Shown one piece after another: positions 63,811-64,000 of a stretch of DNA of 64,000 nt; within the stretch, counting starts at the first letter, position 1; every line of letters begins with the position of its first letter. Location of the stretch: positions 155,019 through 219,018 of IMG/VR virus record IMGVR_UViG_3300044701_003160. One strand, 5' to 3'. Made by a program: the position numbers and the translations under genes. Below the pieces are notes generated by a model. It ran no database searches, was not told the DNA's origin, and saw only the letters and a program-made list of their open reading frames with translations.

Positions 63811-64000
63811 TCCGATTGCTCCCAAAGTTTCTCACGCATCATTCTAACACACTTATTCCATTCATAAGAGTTTGTGTCGTGTTCTTTCGGCATCCATTCT
63901 TCAACCGCATCTACAATCTCATTACACATATCAACAGAGAAACCAAGTTGAAATCTCATCACACCCCAAAGATTAGATGGTTTTGGTTCTTCCACTCTCT
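63807..64000 (-). CDS. Hypothetical protein (5' end probably outside the window)
   Basis: Reading frame open to the window edge; EIVDAVEEWMPKEH. Confidence 0.6.
   Translation of the reverse strand, partial: RVEEPKPSNLWGVMRFQLGFSVDMCNEIVDAVEEWMPKEHDTNSYEWNKCVRMMREKLWEQSE

Noticed and set aside
43600-64000. tRNA genes, or an integrase/tyrosine recombinase for the repeat array
   Set aside because: I found no cloverleaf with TTCGA/CCA features and no R-H-R-Y or serine recombinase motifs by eye; one could lie outside the window.

Overview
This window is part of a T4-like myovirus genome, almost certainly a cyanophage, judging by the plant-type ferredoxin petF, giant gp7/VrlC-type baseplate proteins and TATAAATA late promoters. 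Nearly all genes are on the minus strand. Positions ~128-43,560 hold the conserved late morphogenesis block, read right to left: glycosyltransferase, gp25, gp6, gp7, gp8, a 2625-aa virion protein, gp13-gp23 and an HNH endonuclease. Positions ~43,600-64,000 are an accessory/early region of small ORFs. Its most striking unexplained structure is an array of 11 near-identical 30-bp direct repeats (minus-strand consensus ACTGGGCCCCTGAAAGTGCATCAGTAGTAT) between 44,667 and 58,881, which cut the region into gene cassettes of 0.7-2.5 kb. In 6 of the 11 copies the upstream gene's stop codon lies exactly 1 nt before the repeat. Each repeat ends in a TAnnnT -10 box without a canonical -35, and any ATG inside that box is in frame with the next gene. 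The array also encloses an SF2 helicase, an HNH-like protein and a KxDG ligase-like protein. Other notable features are late promoters hidden inside hairpins in front of homing-endonuclease-like genes, nuclease-less NUMOD3 proteins, a likely capsid-targeted internal protein, a modular 647-aa putative polyprotein, a structured RNA element inside a fused ORF, and a possible A7 frameshift. No tRNA, rRNA or CRISPR array was seen. Family assignments come from visual motif recognition only; no database searches were run.
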